From the NCBI GenBank assembly GCA_963813715.1, contig CAWFAK010000017.1, positions 704,001 through 768,000 on the forward strand: a DNA stretch of 64,000 bases, in the 5' to 3' direction. The stretch comes from an uncultured Planctomycetaceae bacterium (GTDB lineage Bacteria > Planctomycetota > Planctomycetia > Planctomycetales > Planctomycetaceae). This document shows positions 11,492 to 23,936 of the stretch, one piece after another. Each line of letters opens with the position of its first letter. Within the stretch, counting starts at the first letter, position 1. The position numbers and the translations under genes were made by a program. Under the pieces are notes generated by a model. The model searched no databases, had not been told where the DNA came from, and worked only from the letters and a program-made list of their open reading frames with translations.

Positions 11492-11985
11492 CTTCGGATG
11501 GGGTCGACGGCTGGTCGGCTGAAAAATGCGCACTTCGAAGGCCGCGAGGGGGCCACCGCGCGGGGACCATCTGCGGCGGCACGCAGGAGAGCGGGTTCCG
11601 GCGTTGACGGCTGGGGCGGTGTGTTACCGCTCGGATGCGACGGGGAGTCGAAGCGGCGGCGAAGAAACGCGGCGAGACGTCGGCCCGACAAAGAGGGGCG
11701 GAAACGCCAAATACTACGCACTGACGGGAGGGGCCGATCGGCGTCGCGTCGCGACGACGCGCTTGCCGATGCGTTCAATAACCACAACCGCGCATGCGAG
11801 GGGGCGACGGGCGTTTCGACTCGCTTGGGTCGCCCGCGATGGCCGGCGCTCGGCCGTCGGAGCCACACGGGCTCACCGTCGAGACAGCGAGGGAGCGAGG
11901 GAGCGGGCCGAGCGCTAAACGCGATCAGCCGTTCTGACCGAGCCGTTGGTCACGGCTCGAGAGCCTTGTGGGGGCACAAAGCCGC

Positions 11986-12593
11986 TTATCGCGACAAGCG
12001 CCGGACGGCGTACTGGCCGACGGGGACGCCCTCCTTGCCGGCAATCGACAGGTTGAATTCGTAGTCGCTCTTGCCCGGTTCCGCGACCTCGATGTTGAAA
12101 TCTTTTTCGTTCTTGTTCTTTTCCGGATCGCTGTACAGGTTCTTGAGCCCGTCCGGACCCACGTATTCCCGCGAAAGCATGCGCCCCACCGAGCGCGGCC
12201 CGGCAGTCTTCGGCACGTGCAATTGGGCAAACGTCACCACGTATTTTCCGGGAGGCACCCCATCCCCGTGCAGGTACGAAGTGAAGGTGAAGTTCCCGTC
12301 AGGGTCGCACGAGGCAACGTAGGCCGGTCCCTCCTTGGGGATGGCCAGGTGCGCTGGGTCGTTCAGAATCACAAATAGCGTGGTGTCTTTATCCGGAGGC
12401 TGGCCGTCGATGCTGGCATGGCCGGCGACTTTCGCCACCGGCTTCTGCTTGGCACCCTTGGCGGCTTGCGTAAGTTCGTCCTCCCGGGCTCCGTGGCTGC
12501 TCCCGGTGCAACCCGAGAAGACGCTCGCCGCCACCAGCGAAAGAACAATAAACGTCAGCGGATAAGCCGCGCGCGGCCCGCATTACGGAGCAT
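11986..12593 (-). CDS. DUF1559-partner lipoprotein, copy 2; 5' end out of frame in a CG run
   Basis: Lipobox FSGC, GPDGLKNLYSDP. RBS-preceded ATG 12593 is 2 nt out of frame with the body (ORF track 11986..12534). Confidence 0.75.
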
Positions 12594-12644
12594 AGCTCGA
12601 ACTCCAGTCTCCAAAGCCATTGTTAAAAAGCTGCTGCAAAAACA

Positions 12645-12683
12645 GGCCAAACCGGGATGGATTTCCTCCATCCCGGCTGGGCC
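12645..12683 (-). terminator. Intergenic stem-loop
   Basis: CCGGGATGGA-TTTCC-TCCATCCCGG, followed by a T-rich tract on the minus strand. Confidence 0.6.
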
Positions 12684-12742
12684 GAAACTACGAGATCAAG
12701 AGGCGGACCAGAGACGCCAGCCCGCCCACGGTCAAACACGAA

Positions 12743-13993
<1,251 letters not shown>

Positions 13994-14109
13994 AACCGTC
14001 CCCCTAATTCGGAAAGAGAACACCACCGACCCCGGACTGGCAAAAAACCAGCGTAAACACTTCACTGGACTGAGATTCGGATCTGAATGACAACGCCCGA
14101 ACAAGGCTC

Positions 14110-14213
14110 ATAAGAATGGATAAAATTTGCGCTGTCAATCAAAAAGGGGCGGCGAACGGAGCCAAAACGTCAAATTCCGGGAATTTATTGAAGGATTTGT
14201 GAACTGCCTCACA
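14110..14213 (-). promoter_or_regulatory. Sigma70-like promoter plus CRP-like box
   Basis: TTGACA (14133-14138), 17 bp, TCTTAT; TGTGA-ACTGCC-TCACA at 14198-14213. Confidence 0.65.
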
Positions 14214-14803
14214 TTTGGGCACTCCGTCGGCGTTGACTCGGCATTTAATGCCGCTGAACCGGACTTACGGCGAGTGCCGCCGCTGTAAGTTAAGAATTTG
14301 CCACTTTAATCGAGCTGCGGTCAGTCCGCGATGACAAGAGTGTCAAATATTCGGCATTCATTGCTACATTCTTAGCACGCAAAATGCGGCAAAATAGGCA
14401 CTATGTGCCATAAAATAAGCACAGTGCGCTGCATGGCAGTTTTCTAGCCAGAGAACGCGGGACCCCCGCAGGCCCCGACGGAGACGCGATGGTGCGCGAA
14501 TGTTGGCGCAGCCGCCCCCGACTTGTTCAGTGGTGCGGGCGAAAGAATCGCGCCGATCCGCCGCGTCGAGGGGATGCGCGTTTTAGCACATCCAGGCCGA
14601 TCGAGGAGTTCTGTTTCCCCCGAGCGTTGGTTTTGCGTGAGTCAAACACTGAGCGGCCGAGTCTCGCCTGCGCGAAATTTAAGGCGCGCGAGACCCATAG
14701 GCGGCCACGCGGACTCGGCCGCGCTAATTGGCGGAGATCAGCGTGGAGCAGTCAGTCGCGGCGCGTGCCGCGGTTCAAGAGCCTTGTGGCGGCGCAAAGC
14801 CGC

Positions 14804-15411
14804 TTATCGCGACAAGCGCCTCACGGCGTACTGGCCGACGGGGACGCCCTCCTTGCCGGCAATCGACAGGTTGAATTCGTAGTCGCTCTTGCCCGGTTCC
14901 GCGACCTCGATGTTGAAATCTTTTTCGTTCTTGTTCTTTTCCGGATCGCTGTACAGGTTCTTGAGCCCGTCCGGACCCACGTATTCCCGCGAAAGCATGC
15001 GCCCCACCGAGCGCGGCCCGGCAGTCTTCGGCACGTGCAATTGGGCAAACGTCACCACGTATTTTCCGGGAGGCACCCCATCCCCGTGCAGGTACGAAGT
15101 GAAGGTGAAGTTCCCGTCAGGGTCGCACGAGGCAACGTAGGCCGGTCCCTCCTTGGGGATGGCCAGGTGCGCTGGGTCGTTCAGAATCACAAATAGCGTG
15201 GTGTCTTTATCCGGAGGCTGGCCGTCGATGCTGGCATGGCCGGCGACTTTCGCCACCGGCTTCTGCTTGGCACCCTTGGCGGCTTGCGTAAGTTCGTCCT
15301 CCCGGGCTCCGTGGCTGCTCCCGGTGCAACCCGAGAAGACGCTCGCCGCCACCAGCGAAAGAACAATAAACGTCAGCGGATAAGCCGCGCGCGGCCCGCA
15401 TTACGGAGCAT
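14804..15411 (-). CDS. DUF1559-partner lipoprotein, copy 3; same 5' frameshift as copy 2
   Basis: Translation identical to 11986..12534. Confidence 0.75.
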
Positions 15412-15462
15412 AGCTCGAACTCCAGTCTCCAAAGCCATTGTTAAAAAGCTGCTGCAAAAACA

Positions 15463-15501
15463 GGCCAAACCGGGATGGATTTCCTCCATCCCGGCTGGGC
15501 C
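15463..15501 (-). terminator. Intergenic stem-loop (duplicate)
   Basis: Identical to 12645-12683. Confidence 0.6.
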
Positions 15502-15560
15502 GAAACTACGAGATCAAGAGGCGGACCAGAGACGCCAGCCCGCCCACGGTCAAACACGAA

Positions 15561-16811
15561 CTAGAAGCTGCTGTCCAGAACGGCCTTGCCACCCTTGTAG
15601 GTTTGCAAGCGGCACAGCACCGTCAGGCTGGTGTTCTCGCTGATCATGCGAGCCGAGCCGTCGCACAGGGCGATGCCCACCGAACCCGGGTGGAAGCTGT
15701 ACCAGTTGTTCGACCAGAAGTTGATGCAGTTCAGGAAGCAGACCGGCGTGCCGGTCTTGGCCTGAGCGACCGTGGGCTGCGGCAGACCCTGGTAGCCCGA
15801 ACCCGACATGACCTGGTACGTGTTGTCGATGCAAGCCCAGCATCCGCCCCAGCTGGCGTGAATATAAGTGATACCATTGGCGGTGAAATACGACGTTACC
15901 GAGGTCTGCTTTACGCCGCGGACCCACAGATCGGGACGACCGGCCAACTCGGCGAACAGGGCCGTGGTCGAGGTGCCGTCGGTGATCTTGTCGATCGAGA
16001 CGTTGAACTGCCAGACGTTGATCGGCCCAGCCCGATACAGTTCAGGCTGGCAGCTGTTCTGAAACAGATAAGCCGCCCCGAGAGGAGTCGCATCCTCATA
16101 GCCGCCGACCGAGGTGTAGTCCGACGCTCCGGCAAGCACCGGCGGCCCGAACAAGCACAGCGCCCCGGCACCCCCGAAGCAGTTGCACATGATCGAGGTG
16201 GTTTCGACGAACGGATTGTTCGTCCGCGGCGACGACGGGCAAACGAAGCCCGGAATGACCTGAGCGCCCGCGCGGATGTTTGCGCAGGTGTCTTTGCACG
16301 GGTTGGTGATGTTCTTGAAGGTGTACGGCTTGCCGCAGCCGCAGCAGGCCAGCGGCTTCACATTGAGCTGGCCGGCGTTCTCGCAGCAGGGGGCGAGCAT
16401 CGGGCCGTTAAAGCAGATCTTGTTGTAGACCGTTGTCGCCTCCAGGAACGGCAACAGACGTTCACCGTAGTAATGGTAGTTAAAGCTGGAAATCCAGATA
16501 CCGTTCTTGCAGGGACACGGGGTGTACGGCTTGCCGACGCAGCAGGCCGGGTCGCCGCAGTTGGCGGCAATTGCCGCGCAGATCACCTTCGGGAAGGTGT
16601 ACGACATGGCCGGCGTGAGCTGGCTGTTCACGTCGTGGTAGTTGTGCTCGGCCAGTGCCATCTGCTTCAGGTTGTTGCGGCACTGCGTGCGGCGGGCGGC
16701 TTCCCGCGCTGCCTGGACTGCTGGCAACAGCAAGGCGATCAGGACCGCGATGATCGCGATCACGACCAACAGCTCGATCAGTGTAAACCCTGACTTCCTC
16801 ATTCTCAGCAT
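15561..16811 (-). CDS. Cys-rich DUF1559 prepilin-type protein, copy 3 (416 aa)
   Basis: About 26 aa differences from copy 2 and about 26 Cys, both by hand count. Confidence 0.92.
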   Translation of the reverse strand: MLRMRKSGFTLIELLVVIAIIAVLIALLLPAVQAAREAARRTQCRNNLKQMALAEHNYHDVNSQLTPAMSYTFPKVICAAIAANCGDPACCVGKPYTPCPCKNGIWISSFNYHYYGERLLPFLEATTVYNKICFNGPMLAPCCENAGQLNVKPLACCGCGKPYTFKNITNPCKDTCANIRAGAQVIPGFVCPSSPRTNNPFVETTSIMCNCFGGAGALCLFGPPVLAGASDYTSVGGYEDATPLGAAYLFQNSCQPELYRAGPINVWQFNVSIDKITDGTSTTALFAELAGRPDLWVRGVKQTSVTSYFTANGITYIHASWGGCWACIDNTYQVMSGSGYQGLPQPTVAQAKTGTPVCFLNCINFWSNNWYSFHPGSVGIALCDGSARMISENTSLTVLCRLQTYKGGKAVLDSSF

Positions 16812-16928
16812 AACGACCCCCTAATCTGGATTAAGAGACATCCTCTAACGCTTCAGTGCTAAAAAATTAGCGTAACCATTTCGCTCAACTGGCTTTTTCA
16901 TTTCACGCCGCAATCGACGACGTGTCCT

Positions 16929-17033
16929 ATCAGAACGGCTGAAAAATTAACTGTCAATCAGGAAACACGTAGATGGATGCTGAAAATGTTTGTTTTCAGG
17001 AAAAAAAATGCGCGTTTTGTGAACTGCCTCACA
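16929..17033 (-). promoter_or_regulatory. Sigma70-like promoter plus CRP-like box
   Basis: TTGACA (16952-16957), 17 bp, TCTGAT; TGTGA-ACTGCC-TCACA at 17018-17033. Confidence 0.65.
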
Positions 17034-17402
17034 AGCGGGCAGGCCGCGCGGCAGAAAACTCGCACCGAGAAGCCGCTGCACACTGAATTCCTGCAGGAAT
17101 ACCGCGGAGGCCGGAAATTTGGCATTCCGCCTGGTCCAAAAAACTAGCATGCACATGCCGAAATGCCAAAAACTTGGCACTAACGTGCTGCTTTTCAAGC
17201 ATTACGGCCATGTCACCTTTGGCAAGTGCTGGAAAAGATGCACAACGTCGCACCCTCGGCAGCGCCACAATCGGGCACGCGACGGAATGGCAAAAATGCA
17301 GCCGATTTCGGGCATTCGACAGGCGAATGCGGTAAGACGGTGTCCGCACGAATTGCTAAGCGATTGACAGGCGATCTCAAATGGTGGATGATAGCGTCCA
17401 AT

Positions 17403-18005
17403 ATGGAAGACGACTCAGGGTTGCTCAATCAGCGGATCGCCCAGCGCGTTCGCGAGCTGCGTCGGGAACAAAATTGCTCGCTCCAGGACTTGGCGGAGCG
17501 TAGCGGAGTCAGTCGCTCGATGATCTCGCTGATCGAGCGTGCCGAGAGCAGTCCGACGGCCGTCGTCCTCGAAAAACTGGCCGCGGGGCTGAACGTGACT
17601 TTGGCCTCATTCTTCGAACGGCCCGCCCTGAGCAGCCAGCGGCACGACCATCCTGTCTCGCGGAGAAACGAACAGCCCGAATGGCGCGATCCCGCGTCGG
17701 GCTATCGACGACGAAACGTCTCCCCGGCAGGCGTTCAGCAGCCGCTGCAGATTACCGAAGTCCATTTTCCGCCGGGCGCTCGAGTGGCCTTTGAGAATGG
17801 GCTCCGTGATCGACCCGTCTATCAGCAGGTCTGGATGCTCGAGGGTGTCATTGACATTACGGTCGGAACGGAGCGGCATCGGTTGTGTGAGGGGGATTGC
17901 TTGGCCATGCAGTTGGATGCCGCCACCATGTTCCATAATCCGACGGAAGAGACGGCCCGCTATGCAGTTGTGATCGCAGCGGATCACCTCAGGAAAAGAC
18001 CATGA
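17403..18005 (+). CDS. XRE-family HTH + cupin transcriptional regulator
   Basis: SLQDLAERSGVSRSMISLIERAESSP HTH and C-terminal cupin. TTGACA at 17364 suggests a near-leaderless start. Confidence 0.85.
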   Translation: MEDDSGLLNQRIAQRVRELRREQNCSLQDLAERSGVSRSMISLIERAESSPTAVVLEKLAAGLNVTLASFFERPALSSQRHDHPVSRRNEQPEWRDPASGYRRRNVSPAGVQQPLQITEVHFPPGARVAFENGLRDRPVYQQVWMLEGVIDITVGTERHRLCEGDCLAMQLDAATMFHNPTEETARYAVVIAADHLRKRP

Positions 18006-18532
18006 GCGGGCCTGTTTGGTCGCCGCGGAGGCTGCACTCCGTCACTGAATCTGAACTCGCTCAACTCGCCGATGTGCTGGTCGATTGCGTGGATGGGGGC
18101 GCGTCAGTCAGTTTCATGCATCCGCTCAGACGCGAGCAGGCTTTTGCCTTTTGGCGACGGGTCGCTGATGGCGTTGCCGCCGGTGAACGAGCCCTTTTGG
18201 TGGCGGAAGACACGGCCGGCATCTGCGGGACGGTTCAACTCGTCCTCCAGCAGCCGGACAACCAGCCGCACCGCGCCGACCTGGCGAAGATGTTAGTTCA
18301 CCGCCGGGCTCGCCGTCGTGGGCTGGGGGCCGCTTTGATGCAGGCCGCCGAAGCAGCCGCCCGCGAGTGCGGAAAAACGCTCCTCGTGCTGGACTCGGTC
18401 ACAAATGGCGACGCGGCCCGCCTTTACGAACGACTGGGCTGGGAGCGAGTCGGCGATATTCCCGACTACGCCTTGCTGCCGCGCGGTGGGCTCTGCAGCA
18501 CGACGTTCTATTTCCGCAAGCTGGGTGCTTAG
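18002..18532 (+). CDS. GNAT acetyltransferase (Ttr-like)
   Basis: DCVDGGASVSF, HRADLAKMLVHRRARRRGLG, LYERLGW; ATGA-coupled to the XRE gene. Confidence 0.88.
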   Translation: MSGPVWSPRRLHSVTESELAQLADVLVDCVDGGASVSFMHPLRREQAFAFWRRVADGVAAGERALLVAEDTAGICGTVQLVLQQPDNQPHRADLAKMLVHRRARRRGLGAALMQAAEAAARECGKTLLVLDSVTNGDAARLYERLGWERVGDIPDYALLPRGGLCSTTFYFRKLGA

Positions 18533-18876
18533 CGGCGCTGCGTTTTGCTCTGTCGCGAAACCAGTGGTGAGTCGTCCATCCAGAGCCACCATTTGAGGTT
18601 CGCCGCAGCCGGCTTGGGATCCGACGCAAAATAGACGGCACAGCGAAACGTGTAGAGCACGCACCGATCGACGTGATTGCCGACGATCCGCTCCAATTTC
18701 CGATAGAGCCGTTCCGGATCGCGTCCCTGCAACGAGGCGACGTCTCGAATTCCCAGCAGATACAAATCGGCCGCCAGCGAGGGCCCAATTCCGGGAATGA
18801 CCGAGAGAGCGCGAATCGCTTCCCGCGGCACAGCCTTGCGTCGAGCCTGGTATGCGGTCGTGGCGGAGACACTCAT
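18529..18876 (-). CDS. Helix-hairpin-helix protein (Cdd1/McrB-like)
   Basis: IPGIGPSLAADL, DPERLY, DRCVLYTFRCAVYFA, KWW. Confidence 0.8.
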   Translation of the reverse strand: MSVSATTAYQARRKAVPREAIRALSVIPGIGPSLAADLYLLGIRDVASLQGRDPERLYRKLERIVGNHVDRCVLYTFRCAVYFASDPKPAAANLKWWLWMDDSPLVSRQSKTQRR

Positions 18877-19268
18877 GGCAACTCCGAGCAGATTTCGACG
18901 AGGAAGCCATTCGGGTCACGGACATAGCCGACGATCTGGCCCCAAGGCTTCGTTTCGGGGGATTTGACAGCGGAAGCACCGGCCGCCAAGGCCTGGCGGA
19001 ATGCGGCATCAACGTTTTGGGTGACCATTCCCAACTCACACGGCGGAGCGGGCTGCTGTGCGCCGGAGGGAGCGATCTCGATCGGCAACATCTGGCGAAC
19101 GAACGAGTTCGCCGCGAAGGCCAGGCGCGTCGCCCCGCTTTCCAGTTCGCCGTAGTTCTTTTCATCGTCCAGCATTCGCCGAACGAGCCCAAAAGCCCGT
19201 TCGTAGAAGCCGAGCGAGGTCTCAACATCGTCGACGTACAGAATCGTGTACCCAAACCTGGCGTTCAT
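18873..19268 (-). CDS. VOC/glyoxalase family protein
   Basis: YTILYVDDV...FYERAFG; KPWGQIVGYVRDPNGFLVEI. Confidence 0.9.
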   Translation of the reverse strand: MNARFGYTILYVDDVETSLGFYERAFGLVRRMLDDEKNYGELESGATRLAFAANSFVRQMLPIEIAPSGAQQPAPPCELGMVTQNVDAAFRQALAAGASAVKSPETKPWGQIVGYVRDPNGFLVEICSELP

Positions 19269-19403
19269 GGTGTTCCTTGTTCGCGATCTCGATGGGGAAC
19301 CGATCGGGACGTACCGGCACGGCCCGGCAGGCGATCCGCGTGCGGTCCGAGCGTCGACCTCAGAGCTTAGGCGACCAAGGCGGCGCTGGATTGGAAAAAA
19401 CGG

Positions 19404-20195
19404 TCATCCGCCGTTTTGCCGCAGATAGCGGAGCGGGCTGGTCCCGGCAAGCAGTCGGAACTCGCGAATCATGTGGGCCTGATCGTAATAGCCGCAGTCC
19501 AGGGCCACGCCGGCGAGATTCGCGGCACCCTCGCGCAGGAGTTTCGACGCGTGGCGGAAGCGCAGAATGCGGCTCAGGTGCTTGGGCCCCAAGCCCGAGT
19601 GTCGCAGGCAGGCCCGCCTGAGCTGACGGTTGCCGAGCCCGGCCGCACTGGCGAAGTCCGCCACCGCCAGATCACCGCGGCTCCGCACCAGCTGTGCGAT
19701 CGCCTGCTGCACCTCCGTGACATTTGGCCGCATGACGAGCCGCGATCCGAGCGCCTCGATGCGAGCTTCGATCGATGAGCACCGGGCCAGATGTTGAAAC
19801 AATAATCGGGTCGCGCGGCCTGCCACCTCTGCGAGCGGTGCCGTCGTATCGTTGAGCGATGGGAGGTCGCACGGCAGACATGTTCCCGCCATCCCCGGCT
19901 GGAAACGCACTCCCAAGATGGATTCGCCGCCGCGCAGAGAGACGTCGTGGAAGCAGGTCATCGCCCCGACGACGCGGGCGTCGACCAGCTGGCTGCCGCG
20001 GCTATAGAACAAGAGGTCGATACAGCCGTCGGGCAGGATCCGCTGGCAGCGGTCGGCCAAAGCCTCGCTGATCCAAAAGCACTCGACGAACGGTGCGAGG
20101 TCCGGCGGCGGATCGATTTCGCGATACACGGGGCCCTCGCCTGGCTCGAGCAATGTTTCCAACGACGCGGCAACACGCAGCTGGTAATGTGACAT
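19404..20195 (-). CDS. AraC-family transcriptional regulator
   Basis: ILPDGCIDLL N-domain; ALDCGYYDQAHMIREFR C-terminal HTH. Confidence 0.88.
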   Translation of the reverse strand: MSHYQLRVAASLETLLEPGEGPVYREIDPPPDLAPFVECFWISEALADRCQRILPDGCIDLLFYSRGSQLVDARVVGAMTCFHDVSLRGGESILGVRFQPGMAGTCLPCDLPSLNDTTAPLAEVAGRATRLLFQHLARCSSIEARIEALGSRLVMRPNVTEVQQAIAQLVRSRGDLAVADFASAAGLGNRQLRRACLRHSGLGPKHLSRILRFRHASKLLREGAANLAGVALDCGYYDQAHMIREFRLLAGTSPLRYLRQNGG

Positions 20196-20422
20196 CGCGC
20201 GACGAGGCGGGTCAACGCGGAATTTTTCTCAAGCGGACCAGCGAATTCCACCTGGACGCGCGGTGGGCCACGATGCCAGACGCTCTCAAGAAAAACGTAC
20301 GTCTGCAAACGACCAAGTGGGCTCTTCTCTTCGTTCTAGCGTGGGCGGATTAATCTTCGCCACGCCCTGCACGTTCATCAGCATGTATGAGCTGTTCGCG
20401 CTTTTCTCTTATATCTGTGGGC

Positions 20423-21841
20423 TCAGATCGTCTCCGGAACTACCTCCGCGCCGTCGCTGCCTGCTGGCTCGGCTGGCTCGACCGTGTGCGTCGGGTCAAT
20501 TAAGAGCCAGCTGCCGGCCGCCACGATCATGGCGATCGCCGCGAGAGCCAGGACCATGTTCCACCTCTTCTCGTCGGCGAGCATGCCGGCGTACCAGGTG
20601 AAGCCGGCCGCGCCGAAGCTGGCGCACATGTTGCCGACTCCGAGGACGGAGGCCACGTGCCGCCCGCCGATGTCCTGATACGTGGCCCACATTGCGCCTA
20701 AGCAAAAATCAATCGAAAGCGAGATCGCCGCCATCGCCCCCACGAACATCCACACGTTCTTCAACTGCGGCGCCATGAGGTAGATCGCCGCCACCACCAC
20801 GCCGCCAATCACTCCCGGCAAACGGCGGCCCCAAATCGAGCCGAAACGGACCACGAAGCGGTCGGTCGCCAGTCCGCCGAGCAGGGTGCCGATCATGCCG
20901 GCCAAGCCGGTTAATGCCGTCATCACTCCCGCCACAACTTCCTCGTCACCATTTTTATAAGGGCGATGAGTGATCGTCGTGATGACTTCTTTGAGCTGGT
21001 CGCCGTAAGTTTCGATCAAGTATTGCGGCAGCCAGGAGACGAGGAACACCCAGCCGACGTCGACGCAGAAACCGATCACGCACATCAGCAGCACTTCACG
21101 GCTCGTCAAGATCGAGAGCGGAGGCAGCGCACGGCGCAGGGGCACGCCCCTTATCCGCAAGGCGGGCGCGATCAGGGCGACCTCTTCGGCATTGCACCAA
21201 GGATGCTCGCGCGGCGAGTCGCGATAGAGCCAGACGAAAACGCCAACCCACACCAGCCCCAGCGCTCCGTAGGCCGCAAACACGAGCCGCCACCGTCCCG
21301 TTTCCCAACCGAGCAACGCTCCCACGAGCAGCAGGAGGGTCGGAGTGATGGCAAACGCGAGCAGGCCACCGGCGCGCCCCCCCATCGAGACGGCACTGCT
21401 GGCGCGACCGCGCGCGCCATAAGGAAACCAGCGTTTGATGATGCTGGCGGCCGTCGGATAGGCGCCCGCCTGCGAAATACCCAGCAGGAACCGCACGAAG
21501 AAGATCGCCGCCAGGCCGTTGACCAGGCCCATGCTGATCGTCGCCAGCGACCACACAGCGACATACAGGGCCAGCATTCGCCGGGCCCCCAAGGTGTCGC
21601 TCAGCCAGCCGGCCGGAACCTGCATTACGGCGTAGGCGAAGAAAAAGGAAAAAAAGACGCCGCGTCCAAGCTTTTCCTTGGACACGTGCAATTCGTTCAA
21701 GAGCGTGGTTGTGAGCGGGCTGAGCGCGTAGCGGTCCAGGTAGAGCAGCATCGCCATCGTGATGCACAACGTCAGCGTGAGGAAGCGGACGTTCGTGGGG
21801 CGACCGGCGGGAGCGGGGGCGGTGGACTGCAAGCGATTCAC
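20423..21841 (-). CDS. MFS transporter, anion:cation symporter type
   Basis: LLYLDR, QVPAGWLSD, IKRWFP, YRDSPREHPW. Confidence 0.88.
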   Translation of the reverse strand: MNRLQSTAPAPAGRPTNVRFLTLTLCITMAMLLYLDRYALSPLTTTLLNELHVSKEKLGRGVFFSFFFAYAVMQVPAGWLSDTLGARRMLALYVAVWSLATISMGLVNGLAAIFFVRFLLGISQAGAYPTAASIIKRWFPYGARGRASSAVSMGGRAGGLLAFAITPTLLLLVGALLGWETGRWRLVFAAYGALGLVWVGVFVWLYRDSPREHPWCNAEEVALIAPALRIRGVPLRRALPPLSILTSREVLLMCVIGFCVDVGWVFLVSWLPQYLIETYGDQLKEVITTITHRPYKNGDEEVVAGVMTALTGLAGMIGTLLGGLATDRFVVRFGSIWGRRLPGVIGGVVVAAIYLMAPQLKNVWMFVGAMAAISLSIDFCLGAMWATYQDIGGRHVASVLGVGNMCASFGAAGFTWYAGMLADEKRWNMVLALAAIAMIVAAGSWLLIDPTHTVEPAEPAGSDGAEVVPETI

Positions 21842-22011
21842 CGTAGGCGAGGTGGCGAAAGGGTCGCGACCCGGACCCCAGCGCTAGATTCGGGACGCTC
21901 GAACATACCGGCCCGACCAAGTTGCCGCCAGTTCCAATCGTCCGTTCGGAAGGTACCACCGTTACGATTCGCCGCTTCACGTTCGGTGGCTTCTCCGGGT
22001 CGCTCATGCCG

Positions 22012-22422
22012 TCATCTTAGCGGGGCTCGACTCTCGCCCATTTGGCTTAATCCTTCCCATGGCCGCCCGCTCCAGTATCGCAGCTCGATGATCTCACCGT
22101 CCTGCGGGTAGGCTATGGCACTAGTCGGATCCTCCGACACCCAAACATCATCGACCCTGCCAGGCACGCCCCATACCGCGATGACCGATTTGTCGCTGAG
22201 TAGGTCGTTGACGAACTGTCGCACCGCGTCGGCCGCCGGCAATCCTGACAAGGCGGCGAGGATTTCGGCATGAGTGTGCCAGGGGTATCCGTCGAAGCCC
22301 AGCGCTGTGTCGCCGCTGGCGTCCACAACCACGAGGAACCGCAAGCGGCCGTCGGGGCTGACGTGCTCTTCGACGGTCTGCACGGCGACCTCGGGTACGA
22401 TCCATTCTTCGTTGTCGCTCAT
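22012..22422 (-). CDS. Hypothetical protein
   Basis: 136-aa ORF with globular composition; starts 22 bp from repeat copy R1. Confidence 0.6.
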   Translation of the reverse strand: MSDNEEWIVPEVAVQTVEEHVSPDGRLRFLVVVDASGDTALGFDGYPWHTHAEILAALSGLPAADAVRQFVNDLLSDKSVIAVWGVPGRVDDVWVSEDPTSAIAYPQDGEIIELRYWSGRPWEGLSQMGESRAPLR

Positions 22423-22443
22423 GCCATCACCCTAGTCCGTGAT

Positions 22444-22645
22444 AGTGTCCGGACCGGATTCAGACTTCGTCTTAAACCGCATCTGCAGCGCCTCTTAATT
22501 CCGGTCTAAATTTAAATTGTGAAGATGAGACCGGACAGGACCTGACTCGACGTTTCGTGCTCACCATTGAGCTCATTAGGGGGCTTGGGGTCGAGCCGTG
22601 TGACGTACCCACCGGTCCGCGACCGCCGGTTCTCCTGTCCAAATG
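22444..22645. repeat. Unexplained ~205-bp repeat, copy R1
   Basis: AGTGTCCGGACCGGATTCAGACTTCGTC...CCGGTCTAAAT...AATTGTGAAGATGAGACCGGAC..GACCTGACTCG; first ~120 bp align without gaps to R2 and R3. Confidence 0.88.
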
Positions 22646-22803
22646 ACGGGATTATGCCGTTGAAAAAGCACAACGTGTCCGCGAAAAAACGGCCGGACTC
22701 CACTACGGATTGGGCGTGAGGAAGCGCCCTGACGGAAATCCGCCCCTTGGTGGTGGGATCTGTGTATGGTGCAGATCCATTTCCAACCACACGGAGCGGA
22801 TCA

Positions 22804-23936
22804 ATGGCAACGACGAAGCTGCGGGCAATTCAATGTGTACATTGCGGGAAGCAATTCAGCTACGTCCACGAGGAACCGGAAAGCCCGTTCTATATGAATG
22901 TCGGCTGGCTTGCTCTGTGCGACTGTGGAGGACGAACGGCAGTCCACGGGACGATCAAGAAAACGAACTTCGAATTTAGCGCCGTGTCTGGACTTGATCG
23001 GGGCCTTTATGTGAATGCAGAAATTGAATCCCCGCGGCTCAGATCCGTCTATCGCACCTTCATCAGGAACATGGATCAAGTGATCGCTTTTGGAAGGCTC
23101 CCCCACTTGTTCAAGCTACATTACGAATCATTTCTGCCCGTCTTTCAGATTACGGATCAGAGAATTATTGCGGACTCGGGCCTGATGGTGCGGTCGCAAA
23201 TTGGGCTTCCGATTGACCCGACAGTGATTGATCCGGACCTTAAGTATGTGATGTGTCGCGGCATGCGCAATGGATTGGCGGGACTGTTGTCGTCAATGAT
23301 CACCGGCACTTGGACGGCCTTTGAAACTTTGTCCGGGGACTTGTGGGAGGCGGCATTAAATACCGCTCCCACGAAGCTACGCTCTTGCCCGGCAGGCCAA
23401 ACAGGATCGAACGGAAGACCGGCTCGCGCTCAACCAAACAGCAAGATCCCGTCGGCCAGGCCAACGCCGAACAAAAACCTGAGGAAAAGACCGAGGAAGA
23501 TGCCCCGCCGGATAGAGCGGTTTCTCTTCGCTCGATGAGTCGCGCGAGCCGTGGCAAATTCAATCTTCGGCATCTGATGGGGACGGTTCAGCGAGAGCAA
23601 CTTGAATTGGACTCACTAAAAGGAATTCGAGAAGCCTACAGCAGGGCTTTTGATAAGCCCTTTGAGAAGGATATCGACGAATCTCTGGCTGATCGGGATC
23701 TTGACACGCTTCAAGCCGTGAGGAACCTGCTGGTTCATAGGGCCGGTGTTGCCGACCAAAAGTATTTAGATCGCAAAGATAAGTTTCCAGCGCTGCCGCG
23801 CCTCGCGAAAGGCGATCGCCTCAAACTGACGGGGGCATTTGCTGCTGATCGCATACTGCCCGTGATGAGGATTGCACCAAAGCTCGCCGTAGCAGTCGAT
23901 CGTCGCGTGCGACGGGAGGGCGCGGCCGGTGACTGA
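22804..23936 (+). CDS. Hypothetical protein with N-terminal Zn ribbon and C-terminal HEPN-like Rx4H motif; frameshift near 23380
   Basis: CVHC...CDC; TWTAFETLSGDLWEAALN; DLDTLQAVRNLLVHRAG. Two overlapping ORFs (22747..23538, 23343..23936) join into one protein. Confidence 0.6.

Larger units (their letters stand above)
14778..16828. repeat. Tandem duplication unit B (lipoprotein + DUF1559)
   Basis: Copy of 11960-14010. Confidence 0.92.

Noticed and set aside
14263..14290. Hairpin ACTTACGGCG/CGCTGTAAGT as an ncRNA
   Set aside because: Single short stem that is not conserved in the paralogous upstream regions.
14340..17240. Invertible promoter segment or sigma54 sites (GGCAC...GTGC blocks near 14397 and 17176)
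   Set aside because: Similarity is better in direct orientation and reflects palindromic motifs; GG-N10-GC spacing is not met; no invertase present.
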